Shown here: positions 46,869 to 56,184 of the stretch, one piece after another
Layout of the letters: every line of letters begins with the position of its first letter
How positions within the stretch are numbered: the stretch's first letter is position 1
Assembly (NCBI GenBank): GCA_038103905.1
Contig: JAYNZW010000001.1
Location: forward strand, 144,818 to 208,817
Direction of reading: 5' to 3'
DNA length: 64,000 nucleotides
DNA from: Pelagibacteraceae bacterium
GTDB lineage: Bacteria; Pseudomonadota; Alphaproteobacteria; Pelagibacterales; AG-422-B15
The notes under the pieces: generated by a model
What the model was told of the DNA's origin: nothing
What the model saw: the letters and a program-made list of their open reading frames with translations, nothing else
Database searches by the model: none
Translations under genes and position numbers: made by a program

Positions 46869-48074
46869 ATGGTCATCAATATTGAAAATAAAAATAGTAA
46901 AACTAGCACTCAAAGTTCGTGGCAAGACGTATTAGCTCTAAATGATCAACTTTCATCGGATGAGCAAATAACTCAATCTTCTGTAAGAGCCTTTTGTGAA
47001 GACAAGCTAATGCCAAGAATAGTAAATGACAACCGCAATGAACACTTCTCAAGAGAAATTCTCTTTGAAATGGGGGAACAGGGTTTATTAGGGTCATATC
47101 TAAATGGCTATGGCTGTGCAGGCGCAAACTATGTTAGTTATGGATTAATTGCTAGAGAAATTGAGAGAGTTGATAGCGCTTATAGATCTTTGATGTCAGT
47201 TCAAACCAGCTTAGTAATGTTTCCAATTTTCCAATTTGGCACAGAATCTCAAAAAGAAAAATATTTACCTAAATTGGCAACCGGAGAGTTAATTGGCAGT
47301 TTTGGTCTTACTGAACCTGATGCGGGAAGTGATCCAAACGCCATGAAGACAAGAGCAAAAAAAGTTTCAAATGGCTATCAATTAAGTGGGACTAAAACTT
47401 GGATTAGTAATTCACCAGTTGCAGATATTATGGTTGTTTGGGCAAAAGATGATGAGAATATTATTAAAGGATTTATTGTAGAGAGAGATAGTAAAGGCCT
47501 TAGCACTCCAAAAATAGAAGGAAAGTTATCATTGCGTGCTTCAACCACAGGACAAATAGTGATGGAAGATGTTTTTTGCAGTGAAGAGCAAATGCTTCCT
47601 AACGCATCAGGACTTTCAGCTCCTTTTGCATGCTTAAACTCTGCTCGTTATGGAATTTCATGGGGAGCATTAGGTGCTGCAGAATTTTGTTTTGAGACTG
47701 CGAGACAATATGCGCTCGACAGAATAATGTTTGGGAAACCAATTGCAGCTACTCAACTAGTTCAATCAAAGTTAGTTGATATGCAAACAGAAATTGCTCT
47801 TGGATTTCAGGCTGCATTGAGAGTTGGAAGATTGATGGATAATAATGAATCTGATGCAAATATGGTTAGCCTTATAAAAAGAAATAATGTTGGAAAAAGT
47901 CTTGACGTAGCCAGAGTTGCTAGAGATATTCTAGGAGGTAATGGAATTTCAGATGAATATCATGTAATGAGACACATGATTAATCTTGAAACGGTTAAAA
48001 CTTATGAAGGCACACATGATGTTCATACATTAATAATGGGAAGAAATTTAACAGGAATACAGGCATTTAAATAA
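46869..48074 (+). CDS. gcdH: Glutaryl-CoA dehydrogenase
   Basis: Colinear with GCDH throughout: [70 protein letters not shown]. Confidence 0.9.
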   Translation: MVINIENKNSKTSTQSSWQDVLALNDQLSSDEQITQSSVRAFCEDKLMPRIVNDNRNEHFSREILFEMGEQGLLGSYLNGYGCAGANYVSYGLIAREIERVDSAYRSLMSVQTSLVMFPIFQFGTESQKEKYLPKLATGELIGSFGLTEPDAGSDPNAMKTRAKKVSNGYQLSGTKTWISNSPVADIMVVWAKDDENIIKGFIVERDSKGLSTPKIEGKLSLRASTTGQIVMEDVFCSEEQMLPNASGLSAPFACLNSARYGISWGALGAAEFCFETARQYALDRIMFGKPIAATQLVQSKLVDMQTEIALGFQAALRVGRLMDNNESDANMVSLIKRNNVGKSLDVARVARDILGGNGISDEYHVMRHMINLETVKTYEGTHDVHTLIMGRNLTGIQAFK

Positions 48075-48075
48075 T

Positions 48076-49443
48076 ATGGCATACTTAAATAGGACCACAA
48101 AACAGTGGCAAGACATAGATACCGCTCATCATCTTCACCCTTTCACTGATTATAAGTCATTGGCAAAAGAGGGAAGCAATATAATTGTTAAAGCTGACGG
48201 AGCTCATTTAACAAATACAGACGATAAGCAATTTTTAGATGCGATGTCTGGTCTGTGGTGTGTGAATGTTGGATATGGTAGAAAAAATTTAGCTGATGTT
48301 GCTTATAAGCAAATGCAAGAGCTTCCATATTATAATTCTTTTTTTAAAACAGCTACAGCTCCATCCATTGAACTAGCACAACAATTAGCAGAGATTGCTC
48401 CAAACGATTTGAATCATGCGTTTTTCTCATCAAGTGGCTCTGAAGCAAATGATACTGTAGTAAGAATGGTCAGAAGATATTGGGATCTAAAAGGCAAGCC
48501 AAACAAGAAAACTTTCATTAGTAGAGAGTACGCATATCACGGCAGTACAATGACTGGTGTAAGCTTAGGTGGAATGACCGCTATGCATGCACAAGGTGGA
48601 ATGATGCCTGGATTTGATCATGTAATGCCGCCTTATTGGTATAAGTACGGTGCAGATATGTCACCAGAAGAGTTTGGATTATTTACTGCCAATAAAATTG
48701 AAGAAAAAATAAATGAAATTGGACCTGAAAACGTTGCTGCATTTATTGGTGAACCAATTCAAGGCGCTGGAGGTGTAATTATTCCACCCGACTCATATTG
48801 GCCACGAGTCCAAGAGATATGTAATCAGTATGATATTTTATTAGTTGTTGATGAGGTTATTTGTGGGTTTGGAAGAACCGGCGAGTGGTTTGGAAGTAAT
48901 GCTTACAATATCAAACCAGATATTATTACTATGGCAAAAGGTATTAGTTCGGGCTACATCCCTCTTTCTGGAATTATGGTTGGTGATAGAGTAACTGAAA
49001 CATTAATTGATGAAGGAGGAGAATTCTATCATGGATATACATATTCAGGTCATCCAGTTGCTTGTGCTGTTGCTATTGAAAATTTGAAAATAATTAGAGA
49101 AGAAAATCTCATTGAAAACTCAAGAAAAACTTCAGTTTATCTGAAAGAGCGAATGAATGAAATCGCTGAACATCCACTAGTTGGTGAAGTTAGAATGAAA
49201 AGTTTTATAGGAGCAGTTGAGTTAGTGAAAGATAAAGATAAGAGAATAATGTTTGAAGAAACTGGTGTAGTTGGTGGAATTTGTAGAGATTACTGTATTG
49301 AAAATGGACTAGTTATGAGAGCAGTAAGAGATGGAATGATTTTTTGCCCACCTCTTATTTTTAATAATAATCATATAGATGAGTTAGTTGAAAAGCTTAA
49401 AAAATCTCTAGACCAGACGCATGCTCATATTTCTAAATCATAA
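48076..49443 (+). CDS. Class-III (omega) aminotransferase, SpuC / beta-alanine:pyruvate type
   Basis: Motifs HHLHPFTDY, FFSSSGSEANDT, a DEV segment followed by ICGFGRTG, and PLP-Lys in TMAKGISSGY. 455 aa. Confidence 0.85.
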   Translation: MAYLNRTTKQWQDIDTAHHLHPFTDYKSLAKEGSNIIVKADGAHLTNTDDKQFLDAMSGLWCVNVGYGRKNLADVAYKQMQELPYYNSFFKTATAPSIELAQQLAEIAPNDLNHAFFSSSGSEANDTVVRMVRRYWDLKGKPNKKTFISREYAYHGSTMTGVSLGGMTAMHAQGGMMPGFDHVMPPYWYKYGADMSPEEFGLFTANKIEEKINEIGPENVAAFIGEPIQGAGGVIIPPDSYWPRVQEICNQYDILLVVDEVICGFGRTGEWFGSNAYNIKPDIITMAKGISSGYIPLSGIMVGDRVTETLIDEGGEFYHGYTYSGHPVACAVAIENLKIIREENLIENSRKTSVYLKERMNEIAEHPLVGEVRMKSFIGAVELVKDKDKRIMFEETGVVGGICRDYCIENGLVMRAVRDGMIFCPPLIFNNNHIDELVEKLKKSLDQTHAHISKS

Positions 49444-49871
49444 GTGTAATACTCATTATCTCTTAAGTAACCAAGAGACTCGTAGAGTGACTGTCCAGGA
49501 GTATTTGTCTTTGCTGTTGATAATTCAATAGAACCAAAATTATTTTCAGTTGCATATTGTTTAGCGGCATTCATAAGTAGTTTAGCAAAACCTCTTCTTC
49601 TATACTCTTCTCTGACAAATAAATCATAGAGAACGATCTTCTGTCTAACATTTACTGAATCAAAAGTTGAATATAGTTGAGTGAATCCAATACATCTTTC
49701 TTTTTCTTCTGCAAAAAAGATTACTGATTCATTGTTTGAAAGCCTTTCAGTTATATATTTTTGAGCAACACTAATATTAGATTCTTGTTTATAAAAAACT
49801 CTATATAGATCGAAAACTTCTCCTATAATCTTTGCATCATTTACATTTGCACGTTTTATATTTTCAGACAT
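49425..49871 (-). CDS. GNAT-family N-acetyltransferase
   Basis: 148 aa with the acetyl-CoA motif REEYRRRGFAKLLM. The 3' end overlaps the transaminase by 19 nt. Confidence 0.8.
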   Translation of the reverse strand: MSENIKRANVNDAKIIGEVFDLYRVFYKQESNISVAQKYITERLSNNESVIFFAEEKERCIGFTQLYSTFDSVNVRQKIVLYDLFVREEYRRRGFAKLLMNAAKQYATENNFGSIELSTAKTNTPGQSLYESLGYLRDNEYYTYDLEI

Positions 49872-49874
49872 CTT

Positions 49875-51032
49875 TTACCTCCTGAATGTTCTGTAAATAG
49901 AAATTACTAAAAAAATAAATGTGAAAGAGGTAATTGTGTATATAAAGCCCATTGGACCAACTATATCCATTACTCTGCCACCAATAAGAGGTCCAATTAA
50001 CGAGCCGACCTCAAAAACCATTACTAGAATCGCTGTTGCTCCTGCAACCTGTGAAGCGCTGTAGCGCTCACCTAACATTGTAAGCGAAATAGCAAAAATT
50101 CCACTTGCTGCGCCACCCCACATAAAACAACTAATTGCCATTATATAAAAATTATTAATAAACAGCGCAAATATGATTGGGCATATAAAAGTGATTAAAA
50201 CAGCAGTATTCATGAGAAGTCTCTTATTCATTTTATCGAGTAACACACCAATGATGGGCTGGCAAATTACACCTCCTACCAAAGTGATGGTCACATATTG
50301 CAAAGCTAGATCTTGAGAAAAATTACTTTTAATCATGAAGATCGGAAAAAATGAAACAAACATAACATCATCTAAGCCACATAAAATAGCTGCTCCAAAT
50401 ATTGTAGGTGCAGCAATTATTGCAGCAAATACAGGAAGAGATTTTTTTTCAGGCAATTTAGGATCATCAATTTTAATTGTAATTAGTGGTATTATTGCAA
50501 GGAAAGATAGGGCTGAAATCACAACAAAAGGGAACCATCCCTCAATACCAGTGAGTGAAATTACCATTGGTCCAATTGCAAAACCAATTACAAAAACAGT
50601 ATTATAAATTGTTACTATCTTACCTCTGTTACTATCATTAGCCATAGATAGCATCCATGTATCAAATGCATTCCAAGCTAATGCTCCAGCAAATCCAATC
50701 AAAAATCGAATTAGGAACCAAGATGTTAAACTTTCAAAAATAGGAAATGTGAAATATAGAAGTATTGTAAATATTTGAGCTATGACGATGGATCGCGCTA
50801 ATCCAATTTTATGAATGATGATTGGCGTTATTCTTACAAATAAAATAACAGCCAGCGGTTGTGCAACAACGTTTAAACCAATTTCTGTATTTGAATATCC
50901 TCGTGATTCAAGAATTAGTGAAAGCAGTGGTATTAATGTTCCAAGCTTTATTCCTATTATGAGGGCACATAAAAAAAGAACAAGATATGTTTTATATTGG
51001 TTTCCTAAATATGATTGAACTACAGATGTCAT
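49875..51032 (-). CDS. MFS transporter
   Basis: 385 aa with about 12 helices. It lies downstream of, and overlaps by 4 nt, the TetR gene. Confidence 0.8.
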   Translation of the reverse strand: MTSVVQSYLGNQYKTYLVLFLCALIIGIKLGTLIPLLSLILESRGYSNTEIGLNVVAQPLAVILFVRITPIIIHKIGLARSIVIAQIFTILLYFTFPIFESLTSWFLIRFLIGFAGALAWNAFDTWMLSMANDSNRGKIVTIYNTVFVIGFAIGPMVISLTGIEGWFPFVVISALSFLAIIPLITIKIDDPKLPEKKSLPVFAAIIAAPTIFGAAILCGLDDVMFVSFFPIFMIKSNFSQDLALQYVTITLVGGVICQPIIGVLLDKMNKRLLMNTAVLITFICPIIFALFINNFYIMAISCFMWGGAASGIFAISLTMLGERYSASQVAGATAILVMVFEVGSLIGPLIGGRVMDIVGPMGFIYTITSFTFIFLVISIYRTFRR

Positions 51033-51676
51033 TGGAACTTTTCTTCATTTGGATAGATATTTCTGAAATATTTAATGATTAAGTTCCTACAAAATTCATT
51101 AGTATATATTTTTGGATCAAACAAGATTCTTTGCCATAATCCGTCGACCATTGAATGATATGTTTCACTAATTTCAATTGCGCTTAAAGAATTTTGATTT
51201 GTTTTAGAATTTATCTTATCAATAAGTTTTTCCATTTGATGAAGATATATTTCATCTTGTTTTTGACATATGGATAGATATGATGGCCTAAATTTTACTT
51301 CACTATAAAATGCGATCCAAACTGATATTTTGTTCCGATTAGCAATTTTTTTACTAAAATCATTCTCACAAATTTTAAGCAACCTTTCAATGGGATCTAA
51401 ATTCTCATCCTCAAATATTTTTTGCCAAGATTTTTTATATTCATCAGATAGAAACTGAAGAGAGCTCAGTAATAAATTTTCTTTTGATTTAAATCTAAAA
51501 TTTGCATATCCCTGTGACACTTTGGCTTTTTTGGCAACATGTGAGATTGTTGTGTCCCCAAGGCCTCTTTTAGCAATTGTTTCAATTGTCGCATCAATAA
51601 GTTTCTGATGATTTATAGAAATTTCACTACTTTTTTCATTTGATGTTTCTGTTTGTTTTTGACTTACTGCAATCAT
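51029..51676 (-). CDS. TetR/AcrR-family transcriptional regulator
   Basis: N-terminal HTH GLGDTTISHVAKKAKVSQGYANFRFKSKENLL. 215 aa. Divergent from the flavoprotein operon. Confidence 0.88.
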   Translation of the reverse strand: MIAVSQKQTETSNEKSSEISINHQKLIDATIETIAKRGLGDTTISHVAKKAKVSQGYANFRFKSKENLLLSSLQFLSDEYKKSWQKIFEDENLDPIERLLKICENDFSKKIANRNKISVWIAFYSEVKFRPSYLSICQKQDEIYLHQMEKLIDKINSKTNQNSLSAIEISETYHSMVDGLWQRILFDPKIYTNEFCRNLIIKYFRNIYPNEEKFQ

Positions 51677-51721
51677 GACAATTTAAAGAATATACAAAGA
51701 TCTCTCTCAAGGATAGTTTTG

Positions 51722-51741
51722 TATTGAATAATCATTCAATA
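51722..51741. promoter_or_regulatory. Candidate TetR operator in the divergent promoter region
   Basis: TATTGAAT-aatc-ATTCAATA, an 8-4-8 perfect palindrome centred between the TetR start (51676) and the start of the first flavoprotein gene (51775). Confidence 0.55.
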
Positions 51742-51774
51742 TTGTTATCATATATATAAATTTTTGTAAGTTTT

Positions 51775-53403
51775 ATGCCAAAAAATACGCATGATATTAT
51801 TGTTGTTGGGGCAGGTCATAACGGGCTAACTGCAGCTAGCTATATGGCAAAAGCTGGCCTCGATGTTCTTGTTCTTGAGAAAAATGAATGGATTGGCGGA
51901 GCCGCTGTAAGCCGAGAATTATTTCCAGGATGGAAGTATTCAAACTGTTCTTATGTTTGTAGTTTGTTAAGGCCAGAAATCATGAGAGATCTTGAACTGT
52001 ATAAGTACGGGTTACAAATTATTCCTTATGAAGGAAGTGCAACAATGATGAGGAATGGCGATTATTATGCTCACTATCACGATCATGATATGACAATTAA
52101 TTCTATAAGACGTCATTCTCATAAGGATGCAGAAGCGTATGAGCGATATAGTAGGGATGTACTTAGACAATGTAAAATTATCAAACCTTTGTTAAAGATG
52201 ACACCTCCCGACCTAACTTCATTTAAACCAAAAGATCTTTTTGGAGCATTAGAATTTGCTAAACACTTTGCGGCAAAAGATGAACTAGGTGGTCTAGGTG
52301 AAAAAGAAATTTATGATACGATAAGATTCTATACAATGAGTATTCGGGATTATCTCGATGAGTATTTCGAAAGTGATATTACAAAAGCCCACTTAGCAGG
52401 TAGTGCAATTATTGGTACTGCTTTAGGGCCATGTTCACCGGGCTCTGCTTATGTTCTACTGCATCATTATATGGGTGAGGTTGATGGATCAGTTGGATCA
52501 TGGGGTTACTCGAGAGGTGGAATGGGTTCTATAACAAAAGCGATGATGGGCTGCTTAAATGATCATGGAGGTGAGGTTAAGCCAAGTAGTGAAGTCACAA
52601 ATGTTATTGTTAAAAATGGTAGAGCAATCGGTGTTGCTACTAAAAATGGTGATGAGTATTACGCAAAAAAAATTGTATCTAATTTAGATGCAAAAAGAAC
52701 CTTCTTAAAGATAACTGAAGAAAAATCTCTTCCAGAAGACTTTGTTGAAAGAATTAAAAATTTTAAAATTAGAGGATCCTCAGGAAAACTAAATATTGCT
52801 CTAGACGGACTTCCAGATTTTCCTTGTATTCCTGAAGGTGATCCAGGAGGCGGTGGAGATATGCATTTCACTGAGTCCATTGAGGAAATGGAAGGAGCTT
52901 ATGACGACTGGAAAAGAGGTCAATGGTCAAGAAATCCTTATGTAGATATGTGTATACCATCAAAAAGTGATCCTACGATGGCTGCTCCAGGTAAACATTA
53001 CATGTCAGTATTTATTCAATATGTACCATTCAATTTGGCAAATGGAGGATGGAATGAAGAAAGAAAGCAAGAATTTGGAAGACATATTGTTGATTGCATA
53101 TCTGAGTTTTCTCCAAACTTTAAAGATTTAATTAATCACTATGAAGTGAGAACTCCAATGGACTTAGACAGTGAGGTTGGATTAACTGAAGGAAATATCT
53201 TTCAAGGTGAATTAACAATGGACCAACTCATGTTCAATCGCCCTGTTCCTGGTTACGCACAATATCGTACTCCATTAAAAAATATGTATATTTGTAGCTC
53301 ATCTACTCATCCTGGAGGTGGCGTAATGGGAGCACCTGGTGCAAATGCAGCGCGTGAAGTTCTTCTTGATATGAAAATGCCTCAAAAAGGAAATTACTAC
53401 TAA
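51775..53403 (+). CDS. FAD-dependent oxidoreductase, CrtI/COG1233 (PYROXD2-like) superfamily, paralogue A
   Basis: Dinucleotide fold IIVVGAGHNGLTAA...LEKNEWIGG, then GSWGYSRGGMGS, and C-terminal THPGGGVMGAPGANAA. 542 aa. Confidence 0.8.
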   Translation: MPKNTHDIIVVGAGHNGLTAASYMAKAGLDVLVLEKNEWIGGAAVSRELFPGWKYSNCSYVCSLLRPEIMRDLELYKYGLQIIPYEGSATMMRNGDYYAHYHDHDMTINSIRRHSHKDAEAYERYSRDVLRQCKIIKPLLKMTPPDLTSFKPKDLFGALEFAKHFAAKDELGGLGEKEIYDTIRFYTMSIRDYLDEYFESDITKAHLAGSAIIGTALGPCSPGSAYVLLHHYMGEVDGSVGSWGYSRGGMGSITKAMMGCLNDHGGEVKPSSEVTNVIVKNGRAIGVATKNGDEYYAKKIVSNLDAKRTFLKITEEKSLPEDFVERIKNFKIRGSSGKLNIALDGLPDFPCIPEGDPGGGGDMHFTESIEEMEGAYDDWKRGQWSRNPYVDMCIPSKSDPTMAAPGKHYMSVFIQYVPFNLANGGWNEERKQEFGRHIVDCISEFSPNFKDLINHYEVRTPMDLDSEVGLTEGNIFQGELTMDQLMFNRPVPGYAQYRTPLKNMYICSSSTHPGGGVMGAPGANAAREVLLDMKMPQKGNYY

Positions 53404-54917
53404 TGTCTGATATGCAATATGATGCCATTATAATTGGCGGAGGTCATAACGGACTTGTTTGCGCAAATATTCTTGGTAAAAAAAATAAAAAAGTTTTAGT
53501 TTGTGAAGCCCGTGAAAATTGTGGGGGCATGGTTAATCATGAAATTATCAATTATGTTCCATCTGTTCCAAATAGCGTAAGCCAATCAATTGGTGGATTA
53601 AATCTTAAGTATATTCCAAAAGGCACTATTGCTCTCTCAGAATCTGGTAAACACATTCGACTTATTGGAAATTTACACTTGGACCATGCTACGATCGCGA
53701 AGTTCTCAACGCAAGACGCTGATCGATACCTTGAGTTTCATGACAAGATGTCTCAGTTCTCAAAAACGCTTGGCAAATTCATGTTGGATTCACCTCCAAG
53801 AATTATGAATAATAATTTTTCAGATTATGCAAAATTATTCAAGCTAGGTTTGAACGTGAGAATGCTTGGCAAAAAAAGATTTAACGAGTTTGCAAGAATG
53901 ATCGGTTTAAATATAGCTGATGAACTTGAGGATAATTTTGAGAGTACTCTGCTTCAAGGACTTATTGCTCATGATTCTGTTTTAGGTTCAAACTTAGGAG
54001 CAAGATCACCTGGTTCATTGATTAACTTATTGTATAGAATGGCTGTTCATGGCAACTCACTTTTTGGTGGTATCTACGAAATGGAAGGTGGATCTGAGTC
54101 ATTTATTTCTGCTCTTTTAGAAAAATGTAATAGAAATAGCGTTGAAATAAAAACATCTGCATCTGTAAAAAATTGTTTAATTGAAGATGATAAAGCAGTT
54201 GGTGTTGAATTACATAATGGCGAAAAATTTTTTGGAAAAACAGTAATTTCAAATGCTGATCCTAGATCAACATATCTTTGTTTACTTGGTGCTCAAAATC
54301 TTGATACGGATGTTAAGAGAAGAATTAAACATCACCGGTCAAAAGGGCGTGTCGCAAAGCTTTCACTTGAACTAAAACAAATGCCAGAATTTAATGATTG
54401 TGACATTGAAGATCTAAACAGCAGAATGGTGGTTTCTCCTTCTATTGATTATATTGAGGAAAATTTTAACCCAAGCAAATTTGATAAATTATCATCTGAG
54501 CCAGTTCTTGAGATCTGTTTAAAAAAAGATAAAGACAGCAATCCTTCTTTGGATATTCAGGTTCAATATGCTCCCTACAGAGCTCATGGTGGTTGGGAAA
54601 ATATTAAAGAAGACTATGTAAACTCAATTATAAAAATTTTATCAAAGTACTCTTCAAACATTGAAAGCTGTATTGAAAGTAAAACATTTATCACTCCAGA
54701 TGATATAGAACAAAATTATCATGTTTCAGGGGGACATTGGCATCATGGAGAAATTCAAATTGATCAACTATTTATGCTTAGACCTATTCCTGGGGCAGCA
54801 CAGTATAGGACTCATTTAGATGGTCTTTATTTGTGCGGTGCTGGAGCTCATCCAGGTGGAGGAATGCATGGAATTTCTGGGAAAAATGCTGCCAAAGTTG
54901 TTCTGGGAGATCTATAA
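53403..54917 (+). CDS. FAD-dependent oxidoreductase, CrtI/COG1233 superfamily, paralogue B
   Basis: IIIGGGHNGLVCA...EARENCGG and C-terminal AHPGGGMHGISGKNAA. 504 aa. The start overlaps the stop of paralogue A (TAATG). Confidence 0.8.
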   Translation: MSDMQYDAIIIGGGHNGLVCANILGKKNKKVLVCEARENCGGMVNHEIINYVPSVPNSVSQSIGGLNLKYIPKGTIALSESGKHIRLIGNLHLDHATIAKFSTQDADRYLEFHDKMSQFSKTLGKFMLDSPPRIMNNNFSDYAKLFKLGLNVRMLGKKRFNEFARMIGLNIADELEDNFESTLLQGLIAHDSVLGSNLGARSPGSLINLLYRMAVHGNSLFGGIYEMEGGSESFISALLEKCNRNSVEIKTSASVKNCLIEDDKAVGVELHNGEKFFGKTVISNADPRSTYLCLLGAQNLDTDVKRRIKHHRSKGRVAKLSLELKQMPEFNDCDIEDLNSRMVVSPSIDYIEENFNPSKFDKLSSEPVLEICLKKDKDSNPSLDIQVQYAPYRAHGGWENIKEDYVNSIIKILSKYSSNIESCIESKTFITPDDIEQNYHVSGGHWHHGEIQIDQLFMLRPIPGAAQYRTHLDGLYLCGAGAHPGGGMHGISGKNAAKVVLGDL

Positions 54918-56117
54918 ATGAATAGTGATTTAAGATTTTCAGCTTTAAAGAAAACGCCATTTCATTCAAGAACGAGCTTAGCTTCGCGAACAAATAAATG
55001 GTACACGTGGAATGGTTTCACTGTCCCTACAGAATATTCGACTGTAGAACTTGAGTACACTGCTGCTAGGAATGGAACTTCTGTAATGGACTTAACTCCT
55101 ATGGGTAAGTACGAAATAACAGGAGATGATGCACATCTTTTTGTTGATTATTTAGTTACAAGGGATTTGTCTGAGATGAAAGATAATACAGTTGCATATA
55201 TTATATGGTGCAATGAAGATGGAAAAGTTCTTGATGATGGAACAATATTTAAATACTCATCAAAAAAATTTATGCTTTGTTGTGCTGTAAAAATTTTTAA
55301 TTGGTTAAATGATTCTGCAGAGGGATTTGATGTAGGAATCAAAGATGTAACAGATACAATTGCCGCTCTTTCTTTGCAAGGTCCGACATCTTGTTCAACT
55401 CTTAAAAACTATGGAGCACATGATTTAGAAACACTAGCTCCATTTGAAATGAAACAATTCACTATAGATGGATACAACGTTTTAATTTCTCGTACTGGTT
55501 TCACAGGAGATCTAGGATATGAAATATGGACTGATCCTGAAAACGCCGAGTCAGCTTGGGATAGTATTTTTGAAGCTGGTAAGCAACTTAAAATCAGGCC
55601 ATTTGGAATGCATGCTTTAGATATGACAAGGATTGAAGCAGGATTTATTCAAACCAATACTGATTTCATGGCTGCAGAGGATGCATTAAGACCAGTAAGA
55701 ATGAGATCACCATATGAAATTGGAATGGGGTGGCTGGTCCATTTTAAAAAGAAAAATTATTTTGTTGGTAAAAAAGCACTTAAGTTAGAAAAAGAAAAAA
55801 GTACAACTGAGAGGTGTCTAGTGGGTCTCGATATAGACGGAGACAAGCCAGCACATGGCTCTGTTATCTATAATGAAAAAAAAGAAGATATTGGAATCGT
55901 GACTGCTGCAATGTGGAGTCCGACAATGAAGAGAAATATTGCTTTAGCTTCATTAAAGCGTCCCTACGGCATTAAAATTAAAGATAATATATTTGCAGAA
56001 ATCTATCATCCTGAAGAAATTGAATATCGTAAAATTTGGGCTAAATGTAAGGTTGTAAAGAGACAATTTTACAACCCTGAAAGAAGAAATAAGGTCCCCG
56101 CAGACCTATATGAATAG
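54918..56117 (+). CDS. Stand-alone GcvT-like (aminomethyltransferase-fold, folate-binding) protein
   Basis: TPFHSRT...EYTAARNGTSVMDLTPMGKYEITGDDA, then LSLQGP and SRTGFTGDLGYEIW. 399 aa. The ATG directly follows the upstream TAA. Confidence 0.8.
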   Translation: MNSDLRFSALKKTPFHSRTSLASRTNKWYTWNGFTVPTEYSTVELEYTAARNGTSVMDLTPMGKYEITGDDAHLFVDYLVTRDLSEMKDNTVAYIIWCNEDGKVLDDGTIFKYSSKKFMLCCAVKIFNWLNDSAEGFDVGIKDVTDTIAALSLQGPTSCSTLKNYGAHDLETLAPFEMKQFTIDGYNVLISRTGFTGDLGYEIWTDPENAESAWDSIFEAGKQLKIRPFGMHALDMTRIEAGFIQTNTDFMAAEDALRPVRMRSPYEIGMGWLVHFKKKNYFVGKKALKLEKEKSTTERCLVGLDIDGDKPAHGSVIYNEKKEDIGIVTAAMWSPTMKRNIALASLKRPYGIKIKDNIFAEIYHPEEIEYRKIWAKCKVVKRQFYNPERRNKVPADLYE

Positions 56118-56142
56118 CCAAAAATTATAATTTTTAGCCTAA

Positions 56143-56167
56143 TTCAATTATTGAACAGCCATTCAAT
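56143..56167. promoter_or_regulatory. Second cluster of ATTGAA/TTCAAT half-sites upstream of the interrupted transaminase
   Basis: TTCAAT-t-ATTGAA palindrome (56143-56155) plus an ATTCAAT repeat (56161-56167). The half-site is the same as in the 51722 palindrome, but the spacing differs. Confidence 0.35.
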
Positions 56168-56184
56168 TTGAGGTATAATGACTC

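Noticed and set aside
56174-56179. TATAAT 5 nt before ATG 56185 as evidence for a leaderless mRNA
   Set aside because: TATAAT-like hexamers are expected by chance in roughly 30% GC spacers, and no matching -35 sits at 17 nt. The idea is not testable from sequence alone, so it is mentioned only as context for the half-site cluster.
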